Positions 16,307-24,912 of a stretch of DNA of 46,646 nt are shown here, in pieces. This DNA is from a virus (Duplodnaviria; Caudoviricetes): positions 1 through 46,646 of IMG/VR virus record IMGVR_UViG_3300048851_000078, one strand, 5' to 3'. A model generated the notes under the pieces. That model worked only from the letters and a program-made list of their open reading frames with translations, did not search any database and was not told the origin of the DNA. Numbering within the stretch: the stretch's first letter is position 1; the number at the start of each line of letters is the position of its first letter. The translations under genes were made by a program, and so were the position numbers.

Positions 16307-17648
16307 GACAGCCAAAACCGTTCAGGTCGCCATCACCGACGCCGAAATCCGCAAGCAGGCAGCCACCGGCGTTCGTCAGCTGCGCGATCCTCGCTATCCG
16401 CAGCTGCGCTTCCGCTATTCGACCGTCGACCGCGCCAAGGGCGTTTGGCATGTCGTGGTGGCCGGCAAGTGGGGCAAGGCCGGGAGTTATCCCGGGATCA
16501 ACGCCAAGCTGATGCAGGCCACGCTGCCCGACATCCTTGCGCGCCGCGCCGTGGACTCGACCGCGGCGTCGACCACCACCAGCTGGCGCACCGTCGGCGA
16601 CGTGCTGACCTGGTACACCGACCGGATGACGCGCGATCGTGGCTTGTCGGCCAAGCGCAAGGCCAGCGCGCAGTCGGCGCTGCGCTGTCACCTAGTGCCG
16701 CGCCTTCAAGATCTGGAGTTGGCCAGCCTCAGTCGGTCGACGCTTGACCGCCTACTGATGTGGCCCATGCAGGAGAAATACGCGTTGTCGTTCGTGCGCT
16801 CGGTTTACGGCGTGCTGGCGGCGGCGTTTCGGCAAGCGGCCCGGTTAAAGCTGCTCGACGTCAACCCGATGGCCGATCTGAAGTTCACCGACTTCGTCCG
16901 AACCCGGATCAGGCCCAAGCCCGCGCGGTTGCGTGGTGATGACCTTCCTCCGCTCCTACAGACGTTCGCTGAGCAGTTCGACGCCGTGCCGGTGCAGGCC
17001 ATGCTGCCACTGATGATGCTTTGTCACGGTACGCGGCTCGGTGAAACCCGGCTGGCCCGCTGGAAGAACCTCAACCTCGTGACCCGCCAGTGGTTCATCC
17101 CCGCCGGCGACACGAAGACCAAGGCCGAGCACACGTTGCCGCTGACCGAACAGGCCTGCGCGCTCCTACGGCGCTACCGCGCCCGACAGCACTCGACCGG
17201 TTACAGCGGGCCTTTCCTGTTTCCCGGCAGCAACGGGTCGGCATTGAGTGCCAGCAAGGCGTGCACGGTGTTCACCAGCGTGAGCAAGGGTGAATGGTCG
17301 AGCCACGACCTGCGCAAGGTCGCGCGCACCGCATGGGCCGATCTGGGCGTCGATTACATGGTCGGCGAAATGCTGCTCAACCACGCCATGAAGGATCTTG
17401 ACGCGACCTATATCCACACCACCGCCGAAGGCATGAAACGCAAGGCGCTGGAGGCATGGCATCAGCACCTCGACAGCCAAGGCTTCGCCCCGCTTCACGG
17501 TGGGACATATGCGGGACAGCCAGCGATATGCACACGCGTGCAGCCCTTCGAATCTGGGGCTCTTAGCGCAAATCAGCATCCATCCCAAGGGAGGAGCCAT
17601 ATTGCAAAAGGTGCCTCCCAAGCCCAGCCAGGAGACGGCCATGAGTGA
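16299..17648 (+). CDS. Second tyrosine recombinase/integrase-family protein
   Basis: Intact R (GTRLGE), K (TKTK), HxxR (HDLR), H (LLNH), Y (ATY); overlaps the dnaB stop. Confidence 0.9.
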   Translation: MSKTAKTVQVAITDAEIRKQAATGVRQLRDPRYPQLRFRYSTVDRAKGVWHVVVAGKWGKAGSYPGINAKLMQATLPDILARRAVDSTAASTTTSWRTVGDVLTWYTDRMTRDRGLSAKRKASAQSALRCHLVPRLQDLELASLSRSTLDRLLMWPMQEKYALSFVRSVYGVLAAAFRQAARLKLLDVNPMADLKFTDFVRTRIRPKPARLRGDDLPPLLQTFAEQFDAVPVQAMLPLMMLCHGTRLGETRLARWKNLNLVTRQWFIPAGDTKTKAEHTLPLTEQACALLRRYRARQHSTGYSGPFLFPGSNGSALSASKACTVFTSVSKGEWSSHDLRKVARTAWADLGVDYMVGEMLLNHAMKDLDATYIHTTAEGMKRKALEAWHQHLDSQGFAPLHGGTYAGQPAICTRVQPFESGALSANQHPSQGRSHIAKGASQAQPGDGHE

Positions 17649-17925
17649 AGTAGCTGCAGCATTACCACGCAAGATCCTGACCTCCGGCGAGCGGGATTTC
17701 CTGAAGCAAGGCAACCGTCTGTTGCTCGACAAGCCCAACGGCCGGATCGGCGCCGCTGCGCTGATGGATCTGGTCGCTGACTGGGGCAACCATCGTGGCA
17801 GCCTCGCGTTTCAGGCTTACGCAGGGCGGTGGATCACTGAAGGGCACGCAAAGAACAAAGTCGCCGATCAGCTCCTGCGTGAGCTGTTCGGCCTGAATGA
17901 ACCAGATCCGAGGAAGGCAGCATGA
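17641..17925 (+). CDS. Hypothetical phage protein
   Basis: AGGAG RBS before ATG 17641; coupled to Q. Confidence 0.7.
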   Translation: MSEVAAALPRKILTSGERDFLKQGNRLLLDKPNGRIGAAALMDLVADWGNHRGSLAFQAYAGRWITEGHAKNKVADQLLRELFGLNEPDPRKAA

Positions 17926-18311
17926 AAAAACGAACGTATCTAGGCAAGCCGCTGGGCGATACGGAATACCTGCTGGAGCAGTGGGGATGGTGGCGGATGT
18001 CCGGGATGGGCGTTCCGCGCTATGTGTCACCGCTCTACGCGCTCATCCGTGACAACACGGCAGGCGAGGGCGGGGTCGCTGAATTCGTCATCACTGATGA
18101 CGTCGCGCTGGTTGTTGACAGTGCGGTGGCCAAACTGACCAAGCGCGATCCGCAGATGGGTGGCTTCGTCTGGATGTACTTCGGGATGAAGTGGCCGGCT
18201 CTGCGCATCGGAAGGGAGACCAAGATGGGCGAGGCAAAGGCCCGGGAGATCATAAAGGCCGGAGTAGCCTGGATTGACTGCGCCATCGAGCAGGTTCGCG
18301 AGGCCGCGTAG
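17922..18311 (+). CDS. Q: Late antiterminator Q family protein
   Basis: 'EYLLEQWGWW..ITDDVALVVDSAVAKL..KAGVAWID'; last early gene, followed by a terminator. Confidence 0.88.
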   Translation: MKKRTYLGKPLGDTEYLLEQWGWWRMSGMGVPRYVSPLYALIRDNTAGEGGVAEFVITDDVALVVDSAVAKLTKRDPQMGGFVWMYFGMKWPALRIGRETKMGEAKAREIIKAGVAWIDCAIEQVREAA

Positions 18312-18389
18312 AAAGTTCTTTCCTCGCGGATAAACACCTGTTTTCATGGCACGGTGTTCAGCTGATTCAGCGCGACACACCCAATTCAG

Positions 18390-18417
18390 AAAGCCCGACC
18401 GTTGTGTCGGGCTTTTT
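18390..18417 (+). terminator. tR'-like terminator after Q
   Basis: AAGCCCGAC-cgttgt-GTCGGGCTT followed by T-run. Confidence 0.85.
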
Positions 18418-18472
18418 ATTGCCTGCGGCGATGATAGACGGTATAGCTATGGCTCCAAAAAGGAGCTAAGCA

Positions 18473-18910
18473 ATGTCGGACAACGTAGAACTGCCAGCTG
18501 AAGAGTCATTGATCCCTGAGGAGGTTACGGACAATTCAGTTCCTCTCTCTGATTGGGTGCTTCGCGAAATAGTTAATCTTGCAAATGAATCACACATGGA
18601 GATGGGAATGACCCTGACGACTCCGTCTGGGCTTATCTCGGGCACGCTTATTTCCATGACTTCATATCTTGATGAGCTTGATAAGGATCTGGGTCGAGCG
18701 ATGGGTGATGCATCGTCCTTGAGATCGCTTTTTGACGGTGTTCGCGAGCAATTGCCGCTCATGAAGAATTATCCCAATAACCTGCATTTAAAAAACGCGA
18801 TCTTCTTTTTAGGCGGGAATCAGCGCATCCCCGGCAATGGCGGAGTGCTTTGGCGCGGGAAGATATCGGATGTTACCGGGTACACGTTCGGCCAAGCAAT
18901 CGTCGAATAG
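18473..18910 (+). CDS. Moron: GvpU-like hypothetical protein
   Basis: 'DW.L..IVNLAN....G.TL...G.ISGTLIS...Y..LHLKNA.F...WRGKISDV.G..FG' resembles proteins annotated as GvpU-like; own AGGAG RBS and downstream hairpin 18925-18947. Confidence 0.6.
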   Translation: MSDNVELPAEESLIPEEVTDNSVPLSDWVLREIVNLANESHMEMGMTLTTPSGLISGTLISMTSYLDELDKDLGRAMGDASSLRSLFDGVREQLPLMKNYPNNLHLKNAIFFLGGNQRIPGNGGVLWRGKISDVTGYTFGQAIVE

Positions 18911-19073
18911 AATCAGCACTCAATAAAGCCCCGCCCAGTGCGGGGCTCGTGTTCTGGCGGGGTTGGATGACCCTTTGAGGTGTGTCCAGACTTGGAGGTA
19001 TCGGCCTCTGGTGCCATAGCTCCTTCGGTGAGCAGCAGCTGCTTCATGATCGGAAACGCCAGGGCTCCGGACT

Positions 19074-19421
19074 TCAAAGTAGGTGCGGAATGTTCATACT
19101 CGACGCGATGATAATTACAAGCATCACCACCAGCGTGGCTGTGCCAAGCATAAACCTACAGATTCTGAGGTAGATCTTAGATTTTGGGCGTTCCTTCATG
19201 CTGAAACACAGCCACACAACGGCGAACGCGGTCAGAAACACCGAGAGAGCGATTCCAAAGGTATTGATTGTGGCACGAGCCTCATAACTTAGTCCTATCT
19301 GTTCCATGGGTGACTGGAAGCTTTGCAGTCCAAGGACAATGGCCACGCATAAAGCGAAATTTTTGACTCCGTCAAACATTGCTTTGATGTCATCCAGCTG
19401 AACTTTTTCTTGTGAATCCAT
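19074..19421 (-). CDS. Moron: small 3-TM membrane protein, antisense to the late operon
   Basis: Three hydrophobic segments; GGAGAGGG RBS before ATG 19421. Confidence 0.75.
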   Translation of the reverse strand: MDSQEKVQLDDIKAMFDGVKNFALCVAIVLGLQSFQSPMEQIGLSYEARATINTFGIALSVFLTAFAVVWLCFSMKERPKSKIYLRICRFMLGTATLVVMLVIIIASSMNIPHLL

Positions 19422-19762
19422 CTTTCCCTCTCCTGAAAATAGGTGAGAGATGATAGCTAATCGCCTTAGTTTGAGAAATACGGATGCGCGCATGACTTTG
19501 GGCTCGCTCGGCGGAGGTCCTGGACGTGTTGCAACCGGTCGTCACGCGTACGAAGAACACCGAGAGTTAACTCGCCTATTACCTCCGATTTCCGAGAGGC
19601 TTAAGCGGGCAGCGCGGAAAGATACTGATCAACTATCTAGCCTTGACAAATGTCGGGGCTTTCTCGTTTTCAGCCCCGCCACACCCATCGCTCCGAGTTG
19701 GGAGTGCTGCGGGGTTGATTCATTTCCGATCCCGAAAGGGTGGATGTCGGACTACGACGAAC

Positions 19763-20080
19763 ATGCCTGAAAAATCACCTGACTTCTGGGCGCAGGTCTG
19801 GCTCGTCCTGTCGAATCCGCTCTGGCAAGGAGCGATCATGGCCGCAACCATTTCATTATTGCGCGTGCTGTATGAAGGGAAAGAAGCCAACAAGTGGCGC
19901 GTCGTACTCGAGGCGCTGATTTGCGGTGCGCTGAGCCTGTCGGCGAGCAGCGTCATTGAATGGATGGCCTGGCCGTCGAGCCTTTCAGTCGCCGCCGGCG
20001 GAACGATCGGCTTCATCGGCGTTACCGCCATACGCGAACTGATCATCCGGTTCCTCGGACGCAAGGCGGATTCACTATGA
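19763..20080 (+). CDS. Holin, lambda family
   Basis: Three TM segments, 'LEALICGALSL', 'GGTIGFIGV..IR', basic C-terminus. Confidence 0.9.
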   Translation: MPEKSPDFWAQVWLVLSNPLWQGAIMAATISLLRVLYEGKEANKWRVVLEALICGALSLSASSVIEWMAWPSSLSVAAGGTIGFIGVTAIRELIIRFLGRKADSL

Positions 20081-20508
20081 GCCTCGAGCCCGTTGTCGCA
20101 GTCGCAAAAGCCGGTTCCACGTTGCGAGCCATTGCGGCCGGCAGCGTGATTGTCATCGTCATGGGGCTGCTGATCGCTATCCAGCAGATCCGGGTTGTTA
20201 CGTTGCAGGGCGCGGTCACCGTCGAGCGAGATGCTAAGCAACTGGCAGTCGATGCCAACAAGGAAAGCCAGGTCACGATCACCACGTTGAAAGCTGAAGC
20301 CGTCCGTAATGCTGCGTACACCGCCGACCTGAGCAAGCGCATCAAAGCCAGCGAAGACAAGGCCAAAAAGGCCAAGAAGGAATTCGATGATCTCAAGCGC
20401 AACAGCAAACCTGTTCGTGATTGGGCTGCTCAGCCTCTGCCTGACGGCCTGCGCGGCAAAGCCGCAAGTGGTAACAAAGACAACAGCCATAAGGCTGGAA
20501 GCCCCTGA
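20077..20508 (+). CDS. i-spanin (Rz-like)
   Basis: N-terminal TM plus coiled coil, 'VRDWAAQPLP' C-terminal motif. Confidence 0.85.
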   Translation: MSLEPVVAVAKAGSTLRAIAAGSVIVIVMGLLIAIQQIRVVTLQGAVTVERDAKQLAVDANKESQVTITTLKAEAVRNAAYTADLSKRIKASEDKAKKAKKEFDDLKRNSKPVRDWAAQPLPDGLRGKAASGNKDNSHKAGSP

Positions 20509-20656
20509 GCTGGTTCCATGCGAGCGGGTCAACGCAGACGATACCGATCTGCGTGACAACGGCGACGTGTGGGAGCTGAAGGATCAGGCCGTCAAGCTGC
20601 TCGACACATGCGCCGATCAGGTTGACGCTCAGATCCAGCGCAGCAAGAGCAAGTGA
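20387..20656 (+). CDS. o-spanin (Rz1/LysC-like lipoprotein), overlapping the i-spanin
   Basis: Lipobox LTAC; 'L..C..QVD' LysC-like motif; out-of-frame overlap with Rz. Confidence 0.85.
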   Translation: MISSATANLFVIGLLSLCLTACAAKPQVVTKTTAIRLEAPELVPCERVNADDTDLRDNGDVWELKDQAVKLLDTCADQVDAQIQRSKSK

Positions 20657-20664
20657 GAATTCTG

Positions 20665-21192
20665 TCAGTGCGTGCGGAGACAGTTGTTTAGCGCCTCATA
20701 TTTTTTATCTCTAGCAGCAAGTGCCTCTTCACGCCTCTCGCCTTGCAAAGAGTTGGACCAGAAGGCTTCCACAGCTAACTTGCTTTCTATCTCTTGTATT
20801 TGCTGTCGTTCAGGCGCGCAAGGATCCTTTTTTGCCGATGCAACGGTCAACTCGTTCAACCTTTGCATCAACTGCTTAACTTGGACTTCTGATTCTGAAA
20901 TCAGCTTCTTTGAGTAAAGGTTTTCAGCTTTCGTCGCTACTAATTCGCGTCTTAAATCGGCAGCTTCACGTTCAGCCCGATCCCTCTGCTCCTGAAATAT
21001 CACATTGCTCGCTTTGCTTTCTTCAAGCGAGCGAGTTGTCGAGGTCAGCAGAGCTCTTGTTTCGCCATGTTCTGACGCCTCTGTGCGGGAGGTTTGTACT
21101 GCTTGGTAGCCGAGCGTTACCAGAGCGATCACTCCCGCGCTGCCAAGTATGCCTTTTGCTATCTCAAAGACTTTCGTTAGAGTCAGGGTCAT
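20665..21192 (-). CDS. Moron: TM + coiled-coil hypothetical protein
   Basis: Antisense to the late operon, AT-richer, N-terminal hydrophobic helix, long coiled coil, two Cys. Confidence 0.75.
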   Translation of the reverse strand: MTLTLTKVFEIAKGILGSAGVIALVTLGYQAVQTSRTEASEHGETRALLTSTTRSLEESKASNVIFQEQRDRAEREAADLRRELVATKAENLYSKKLISESEVQVKQLMQRLNELTVASAKKDPCAPERQQIQEIESKLAVEAFWSNSLQGERREEALAARDKKYEALNNCLRTH

Positions 21193-21302
21193 GCAGGGAC
21201 ACTCAAAAAAAGAGGCATTGAACCTGATGCCATCATCGTTATCAATCTACCGGCGCGCCTGCAACTACGTGGTCGACCGGCCAATGTGTTCGAAGGCTTT
21301 CG

Positions 21303-22028
21303 ATGATTCGTGTTCAGTCCTCAGGCTTGGCGGACAACCTCGCCGAGCTGACCGACATTGAGCGTAATCAGATTCCGTTCGCCACGGTCCTCGCCCTTAC
21401 CGAGACCGCCAAGCTGATTAAGGCCAGGCTCGAAGGCGAGATGACCACGGTGTTTGATCGGCCCACGCCCTACACCCTCGACAGTCTTCGACTGATCCCG
21501 GCGACCAAGCAGAAGCTTGAGGCCAGGGTGTGGATTAAGGATGAGGCGGACGGTGCAGCCCCAGCGACCAAGTGGCTGACGCCCGAGGTGTACGGCGGCG
21601 ACCGCAACCACAAGCGCAGCGAGGGATTGCTTCGAGCACGAGGCATTCTTCCTGATGGCAAGTTCATCGTGCCTGGCAAAGGGATGAAGCTCGATAGCTA
21701 CGGCAACATCGGCCGCGGTCAGTTGCAGAAGATCTTGTCCGGTCTCGGCGCCCAAGGCGACAGGCTGCAGAACAGCACGGACAGCAAGCGCAGCGTTGGC
21801 AACCGTAGTCGCTTCTTCGTACTCAAGCGTGGCCGGCAAGCAATCGGCATTGCCGAGCGGACTGGCACGAAGCGCTCCGACATCCAGATCCTGATCGCCT
21901 TCATCAGCAAGCCAGGCTACGCCAAGGCACTCGACTTCTTCGGCATCGGTGAGCGTGAGGCGCAGGCGCAGCTTCCGATTCAATTCGAGAAAGCGTTCGA
22001 CAGAGCAATGGCAACCCGCCGCCGGTGA
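21303..22028 (+). CDS. Phage morphogenesis-type protein (possibly tail-completion/gpZ-like)
   Basis: Basic 241-aa ORF 'QIPFAT.LALT.TA..VFDRPTPYTL' just before cos/terminase. Confidence 0.6.
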   Translation: MIRVQSSGLADNLAELTDIERNQIPFATVLALTETAKLIKARLEGEMTTVFDRPTPYTLDSLRLIPATKQKLEARVWIKDEADGAAPATKWLTPEVYGGDRNHKRSEGLLRARGILPDGKFIVPGKGMKLDSYGNIGRGQLQKILSGLGAQGDRLQNSTDSKRSVGNRSRFFVLKRGRQAIGIAERTGTKRSDIQILIAFISKPGYAKALDFFGIGEREAQAQLPIQFEKAFDRAMATRRR

Positions 22029-22052
22029 GAGCCTGCACCAAGCTGGTGCGGT

Positions 22053-22234
22053 GGGTCCTTCCCGGCCACCCCCTGGGGTGAGGGTAATTCGAGCCCCGGT
22101 TTCCAAATATGTATGACTTTTTTAAAGGGGGGTTGGTTGTTGTTTTGTCATCGGCCTGAGAGGCCCGGAATAGAGCCTTTTCGTCGATTTAATACACCAA
22201 CCTGACCCCTCGAAACACCAACCAAACACCAACC
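22053..22234 (+). other. Lambda-like cos region (cosQ, cosN, cosB-like repeats)
   Basis: GGGTCCT (lambda cosQ) at 22053-22059; downstream resemblance to lambda (GGTTT..TATGTATGA..TTTAA); ACACCAACC repeats at 22194, 22215, 22226 and an inverted GGTTGGTTGT at 22131; immediately upstream of the small terminase. Confidence 0.75.
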
Positions 22235-22274
22235 GGCCTGCGGTAGCTTCCCGCCTCGTCATTGGAGGAGGCAT

Positions 22275-22811
22275 ATGGAGCCGAAACCTCATTGGCTGAA
22301 CAAGAGCACGATGGCCGCGAGCTTGGGTATCACCGTGCAGGCCTTCGATAAATGGAAGGTCGATCCAATCGCTCGGATCGGCCGCGAAAATTTCTACGAC
22401 GTGCGATCGATCCTCGACAACCGGCTTCGGCTCGCCGAACAAAAAGCCGCCGCTGATGAGCAGCAAGACGGCATCGATCCACTCATCGAGTACAAGCTCA
22501 TGGAAGAGCGGCGCGGCTTAACCGCTGCTCAACGTGTCGGGCAGGAAAACAAAAACGCGGTATCGGCAAAACAGCTGGTGCCCGTCGAGTTCAGCACCTT
22601 TGCGTTATCCAGGGTGGTGGCTCAGATCGGTTCGATTCTTGACACCGTCGCTCACAAGGTCCGGCGCAAGCACCCTGATATTGAGGTGCGCCACGTCGAA
22701 GCCATGCAGAGGGAAATTGCCTTAGCGCGAAACGTAGCTGCCGAACTTGGCGACAACCTGCCCGAGATCCTCGATGAGTACCTTGAAACCCTGGATGAAC
22801 GAACTGCGTAA
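22275..22811 (+). CDS. Terminase small subunit (Nu1-like)
   Basis: N-terminal wHTH 'LNKSTMAASLGITVQAFDKW', coiled coil 'ERRGLTAAQ', GGAGG RBS. Confidence 0.9.
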   Translation: MEPKPHWLNKSTMAASLGITVQAFDKWKVDPIARIGRENFYDVRSILDNRLRLAEQKAAADEQQDGIDPLIEYKLMEERRGLTAAQRVGQENKNAVSAKQLVPVEFSTFALSRVVAQIGSILDTVAHKVRRKHPDIEVRHVEAMQREIALARNVAAELGDNLPEILDEYLETLDERTA

Positions 22812-24681
22812 AGCGTTCAAGGCCGGGCTTCAAGCGCTTTTTAAAGAACCACCGCTGACTGGAGTTGACTGGGCCAACACGCATTTTTATCTGTCGTCCG
22901 AGTCTTCGTATCAAGAGGGCAAGTGGGAAACCGCGCCGTTCCAGGTAGCTCTGCTGAACAGCATGGGCAACGACCTGATCATGTTCTTCAACCTGATGAA
23001 GTCCGCCCGGGTTGGCTACACGAAAATGCTGATGGCCGACGTCGGCTATAAAATCCAGCACAAGCGCCGGAGCGTCGCGCTTTTCTCTCCCACGGACCCC
23101 GACGCTGAAGAGCTGATGAAGCAGCACATCGAGACGATGGTGCGAGACGTCCCGACGCTGCTGGACTTGGCCCCGTGGCATGGAAAAAAACACCGCGATA
23201 GCTCACTGAGTGCAAAACGCTTCTTGAACAAGAAGATGCTTTGGTGCCGGGGAGGGAAAGCGAGCCGTAACTACCGCGGGATCTCAGCCGACCAAGTCGT
23301 ATATGACGAGCTTTCTAACTTCGAGCAGAACGTTGATGGTGAAGGTGCCCCAACATTTCTGGGCGACAAACGTCTTGAAGGCGCCACATTCAAGAAGTCC
23401 ATCCGAGGCTCCACGCCAAAAATCAAAGGCACGTGCCAGATAGAAAAGGCGGCCAGTGAATCGCCTTACTTTCTGCGCTTCAACATCCCATGCCCGTCCT
23501 GCGGCAAAGAGCAGCACCTGAAGTGGGGCGGCAAGGATTGTGATTTCGGGATCAAATGGGAGCGCGACGAGCACGGAGAGATATCGAAGGCTTGGTACGT
23601 CTGTGAACACACGCACTGCGTGGTCTGGTACCACGAAATGGTGGAAGCCGCGCACCGTGGACGGTGGATTTGCGAAAAATCAGGCGTCTGGACCCGCGAC
23701 GGCATCGACTGGTATGGCGCGGACGATGAGCTGCGAGCGACCCCGCGCAGCGTCAGCTTTCACGTCTGGACCGCCTACAGCACATTCACGACCTGGCTGG
23801 AAATGGTCCTTGAGTTCGACAAGGTAAAGGACAATCGGGAAAACCTGATCGCATTCGTCAACACCACCCTCGGCGAAACGTGGGAGGACGACCAAGGCGA
23901 GAAAGTCGATTGGGAGCTGCTGTATGGGCGCCGCGAGGTTTATCCCCAGGTGCCAGTGCGCGGCTTGACGCTGATGGGCGCGATCGACACGCAAGATGAT
24001 CGGTACGAAGGCCGGGTCTGGGCATTTGGCCAGGGTGAGGAGGCTTGGCTTGTTGATAAATGGGTGCTCATGGGCGACCCGGCAAGCGAAGAGCTGCGCA
24101 AAAAGGTCAGGCTCAAAGTTCGTCAGCAATACGCCCGCGCCGATGGCGCAAAGATGGGCGTGGAGCGCTGGTGCTGGGACTCCGGCGGTCACTACACGGA
24201 CGAGGTCTACGCCGAAAGCAGAGCCTTGGGCGAAACCTGGGTGATTCCGGTCAAGGGTGCGAACGTTCCCGGCAAGCCGATCGCCAACTGGCCGAAGTCA
24301 CGCAATGCCAAAAAGGTCTACCTCACCGAGGTCGGTACCGAGAATGCCAAAGAGCTGATCTACAGCCGCTTGAAGATCCAGCCGGACACTTCGGGCGTTG
24401 CGGTGCCGGGCTGCGTGCACCTTCCCGCGAACGATGAGATTTGCGGAGAGGACGAACTCAAGCAGCTCACCGCCGAAACCAAAGAACTGAAGATCGAGAA
24501 GGGCAAGCGCGTTTACCGGTGGACCGCCAAAGGCCGCCGGAACGAGGCGCTCGACTGCTTCGTGTATGCCTTGGCGGCGCTGCGCATCAGCCAGCACCGC
24601 TTCGGTCTGGATCTGGAGATGCTGGCAGGCGCCAAGCGCCGATTGCCACAACGAGGAACCCGGAGCCGGGCCAGAGGATAA
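22774..24681 (+). CDS. Terminase large subunit (lambda gpA family)
   Basis: 'KSARVGYTK' Walker A, 'VYDELS', 'GSTP', 'IDTQDDR', 'WDSGG', 'RNEALDC'. Confidence 0.95.
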   Translation: MSTLKPWMNELRKAFKAGLQALFKEPPLTGVDWANTHFYLSSESSYQEGKWETAPFQVALLNSMGNDLIMFFNLMKSARVGYTKMLMADVGYKIQHKRRSVALFSPTDPDAEELMKQHIETMVRDVPTLLDLAPWHGKKHRDSSLSAKRFLNKKMLWCRGGKASRNYRGISADQVVYDELSNFEQNVDGEGAPTFLGDKRLEGATFKKSIRGSTPKIKGTCQIEKAASESPYFLRFNIPCPSCGKEQHLKWGGKDCDFGIKWERDEHGEISKAWYVCEHTHCVVWYHEMVEAAHRGRWICEKSGVWTRDGIDWYGADDELRATPRSVSFHVWTAYSTFTTWLEMVLEFDKVKDNRENLIAFVNTTLGETWEDDQGEKVDWELLYGRREVYPQVPVRGLTLMGAIDTQDDRYEGRVWAFGQGEEAWLVDKWVLMGDPASEELRKKVRLKVRQQYARADGAKMGVERWCWDSGGHYTDEVYAESRALGETWVIPVKGANVPGKPIANWPKSRNAKKVYLTEVGTENAKELIYSRLKIQPDTSGVAVPGCVHLPANDEICGEDELKQLTAETKELKIEKGKRVYRWTAKGRRNEALDCFVYALAALRISQHRFGLDLEMLAGAKRRLPQRGTRSRARG

Positions 24682-24683
24682 GC

Positions 24684-24911
24684 ATGAGCAACATTGCACT
24701 CGTTTCAGCTGCACAAGTACGGCTCGCCGCCGTTCAAGAGGCCATTGCCAAGATCCTCAAGGGTGGTCAGAGCGTTCGTTACGGCGAGCGCCAAGTCACC
24801 CGCGCGGATTTGGGGATGTTGCGCAAGCTCGAAATAGATTACGCGGCCGACGTGGCCGCAGAAGCGAACCGCGGTCGCGGACGCAATCGAATCAGCTATA
24901 TGAGGATCTGA
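24684..24911 (+). CDS. Head completion protein (gpW-like)
   Basis: 'IL.GGQSVRYGERQVTRADL..L' between terminase and portal. Confidence 0.8.
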   Translation: MSNIALVSAAQVRLAAVQEAIAKILKGGQSVRYGERQVTRADLGMLRKLEIDYAADVAAEANRGRGRNRISYMRI

Positions 24912-24912
24912 C

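Noticed and set aside
19560-19600. Twister ribozyme (TAACTCGCC resemblance)
   Set aside because: The remaining conserved elements and pseudoknots could not be placed; kept only as a generic structured RNA candidate
19643-19762. N-terminal extension of the holin from TTG 19643
   Set aside because: Runs through hairpins with no RBS; holin similarity starts at MPEKSPDFW
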